This document shows positions 63,041 to 64,000 of a stretch of 64,000 nt of DNA, piece by piece. The stretch is taken from positions 25,730,001 to 25,794,000 of the forward strand of contig OZ004608.1 in assembly GCA_963924565.1 (NCBI GenBank), in the 5' to 3' direction. The notes under the pieces are model-generated. The model ran no database searches and was not told where the DNA came from. It saw only the letters and a list, made by a program, of their open reading frames with translations. This DNA is from Ascidiella aspersa. Taxonomy: Eukaryota. The position numbers and the translations under genes are program-made. The first letter of the stretch is position 1; each line of letters begins with the position of its first letter.

Positions 63041-64000
63041 CAGGGGTTCCCAACCTTTTTTACACCGTGGCCCCCATTTAAAAATTTTGAGAAATCAATG
63101 GCCCCCCTATTTTTTTCAACCTTTTGAAAAAATTAAGAAACGTTATTTTAATTAAAAAAAATTGGTTTATACAGTAACCGGTAGTTAGAATGATAAAATG
63201 ATATTTATACCGCACACAGTAAACATGATAGTACATTAAGTTATTAGTTTTATTAGGCTACATATTCAGTTAATGTGTTGGTTGAGCTTGTTTTTGCTCT
63301 GCCAATTTCTAAATTGCTGGTTTAGTGGTGGAAAGAGCCAGCAGCATGTCATATTGAATATCCTAGACACTGCACAGCTTTGTCTTCAAAAGTAACATTG
63401 TTGAAAAGCGGTAGTGGGATTCAAATTTCAGCCGGTTATGTCACAAAATGTCATGTTTTTCGGTAAATAACTAAAGTAGTTGCAAGAACAGGCTGCAACC
63501 CCAGGTTCCAGCGAATGTTGCGAACTGCGAACAGGCTGAATCCCATAAGCAACGGTAGTCTTCTCATTATGCAACAATTCAATTTTTCGAAAAAAATTCA
63601 CAAAAAGAAAATTACTACAATTATAAAAAATGATCACAGTGGATGACTGTTACGTAAGAACCTGTCCATTGCACATTTTGAAGAAAAAAACACGTGAGCT
63701 ACTTCGATTTCAAAAATCGGTGTATCAGATAAGAGATGCAAAAACCATTGACAGTAACCAGTAATGCTGCTAACTTTGCATAGTTTTGCCCAAAATGTGG
63801 TCAAACCATATCTTTCTCAAAGCGAACTGGGTTGCCGTCTTTTTTGCGGCTTCAAGTGTTCATTAAATTTGATTTATTTATTTTGTGATTGTGGAGTAGA
63901 CTTAGAGATAATAAACAAAACTTTTTTGTTTTCAAATTTTTTCATGGCCCCCTTAAAAAAGGCTCATGGCCCCTTGGGGTACCACAGGTTGGGAACCTCT
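63041..64000 (-). mobile_element. Duplicate of the hAT element at 57258-58238
   Basis: Same TSD and TIR. It ends at the window edge in aggttgggaacctct. Confidence 0.8.

Larger units (their letters stand above)
53403..64000 (+). repeat. Tandem segmental duplication: copy 1 ~53403-59564, copy 2 ~59565 to window end
   Basis: Near-identical sequence begins at 'gattggtgtt..acctattttagttatatctcc' in both copies and covers two linker exons, domain 11/12, the minisatellite and a hAT element. Confidence 0.95.

Overview
This window is AT-rich eukaryotic genomic DNA from an animal; a marine invertebrate such as an ascidian is a guess from intron size and repeat content. It is not prokaryotic, and nearly all of the supplied ORFs are intron read-through noise. 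Almost the whole window is one + strand spliced gene, reconstructed by hand from splice sites and reading-frame phase. It has about 88 exons (3489 to >62652, about 9,650 nt, about 3,200 codons, no in-frame stop) and continues past the right edge. The predicted protein has an N-terminal signal peptide followed by at least 12 tandem copies of a ~220-aa domain I cannot assign to a known family. The domain's motifs are I-[SN]-DGG-x-DMYD-x-GN, NLG-[SA]-DG-x-G, [VI]-CEV-[YF]-F and G-[YF]-x-LLS. Each copy is encoded by the same six-exon cassette with intron phases 1-0-2-0-0-2-1. Copies are joined by Ser/Thr-rich phase 1-1 micro-exons, and there is one 924-nt mucin-like exon. The array has expanded recently by tandem segmental duplication: a 12.1-kb three-domain block and a 6.2-kb one-domain block. 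It also shows gene-conversion-like mosaics and uneven amino-acid divergence between copies. Introns carry many non-autonomous DNA transposons, including nested hAT MITEs and a 5.4-kb CACTA/EnSpm-like element present in only one duplicate, plus tRNA-derived SINE-like heads and a 35-bp minisatellite.
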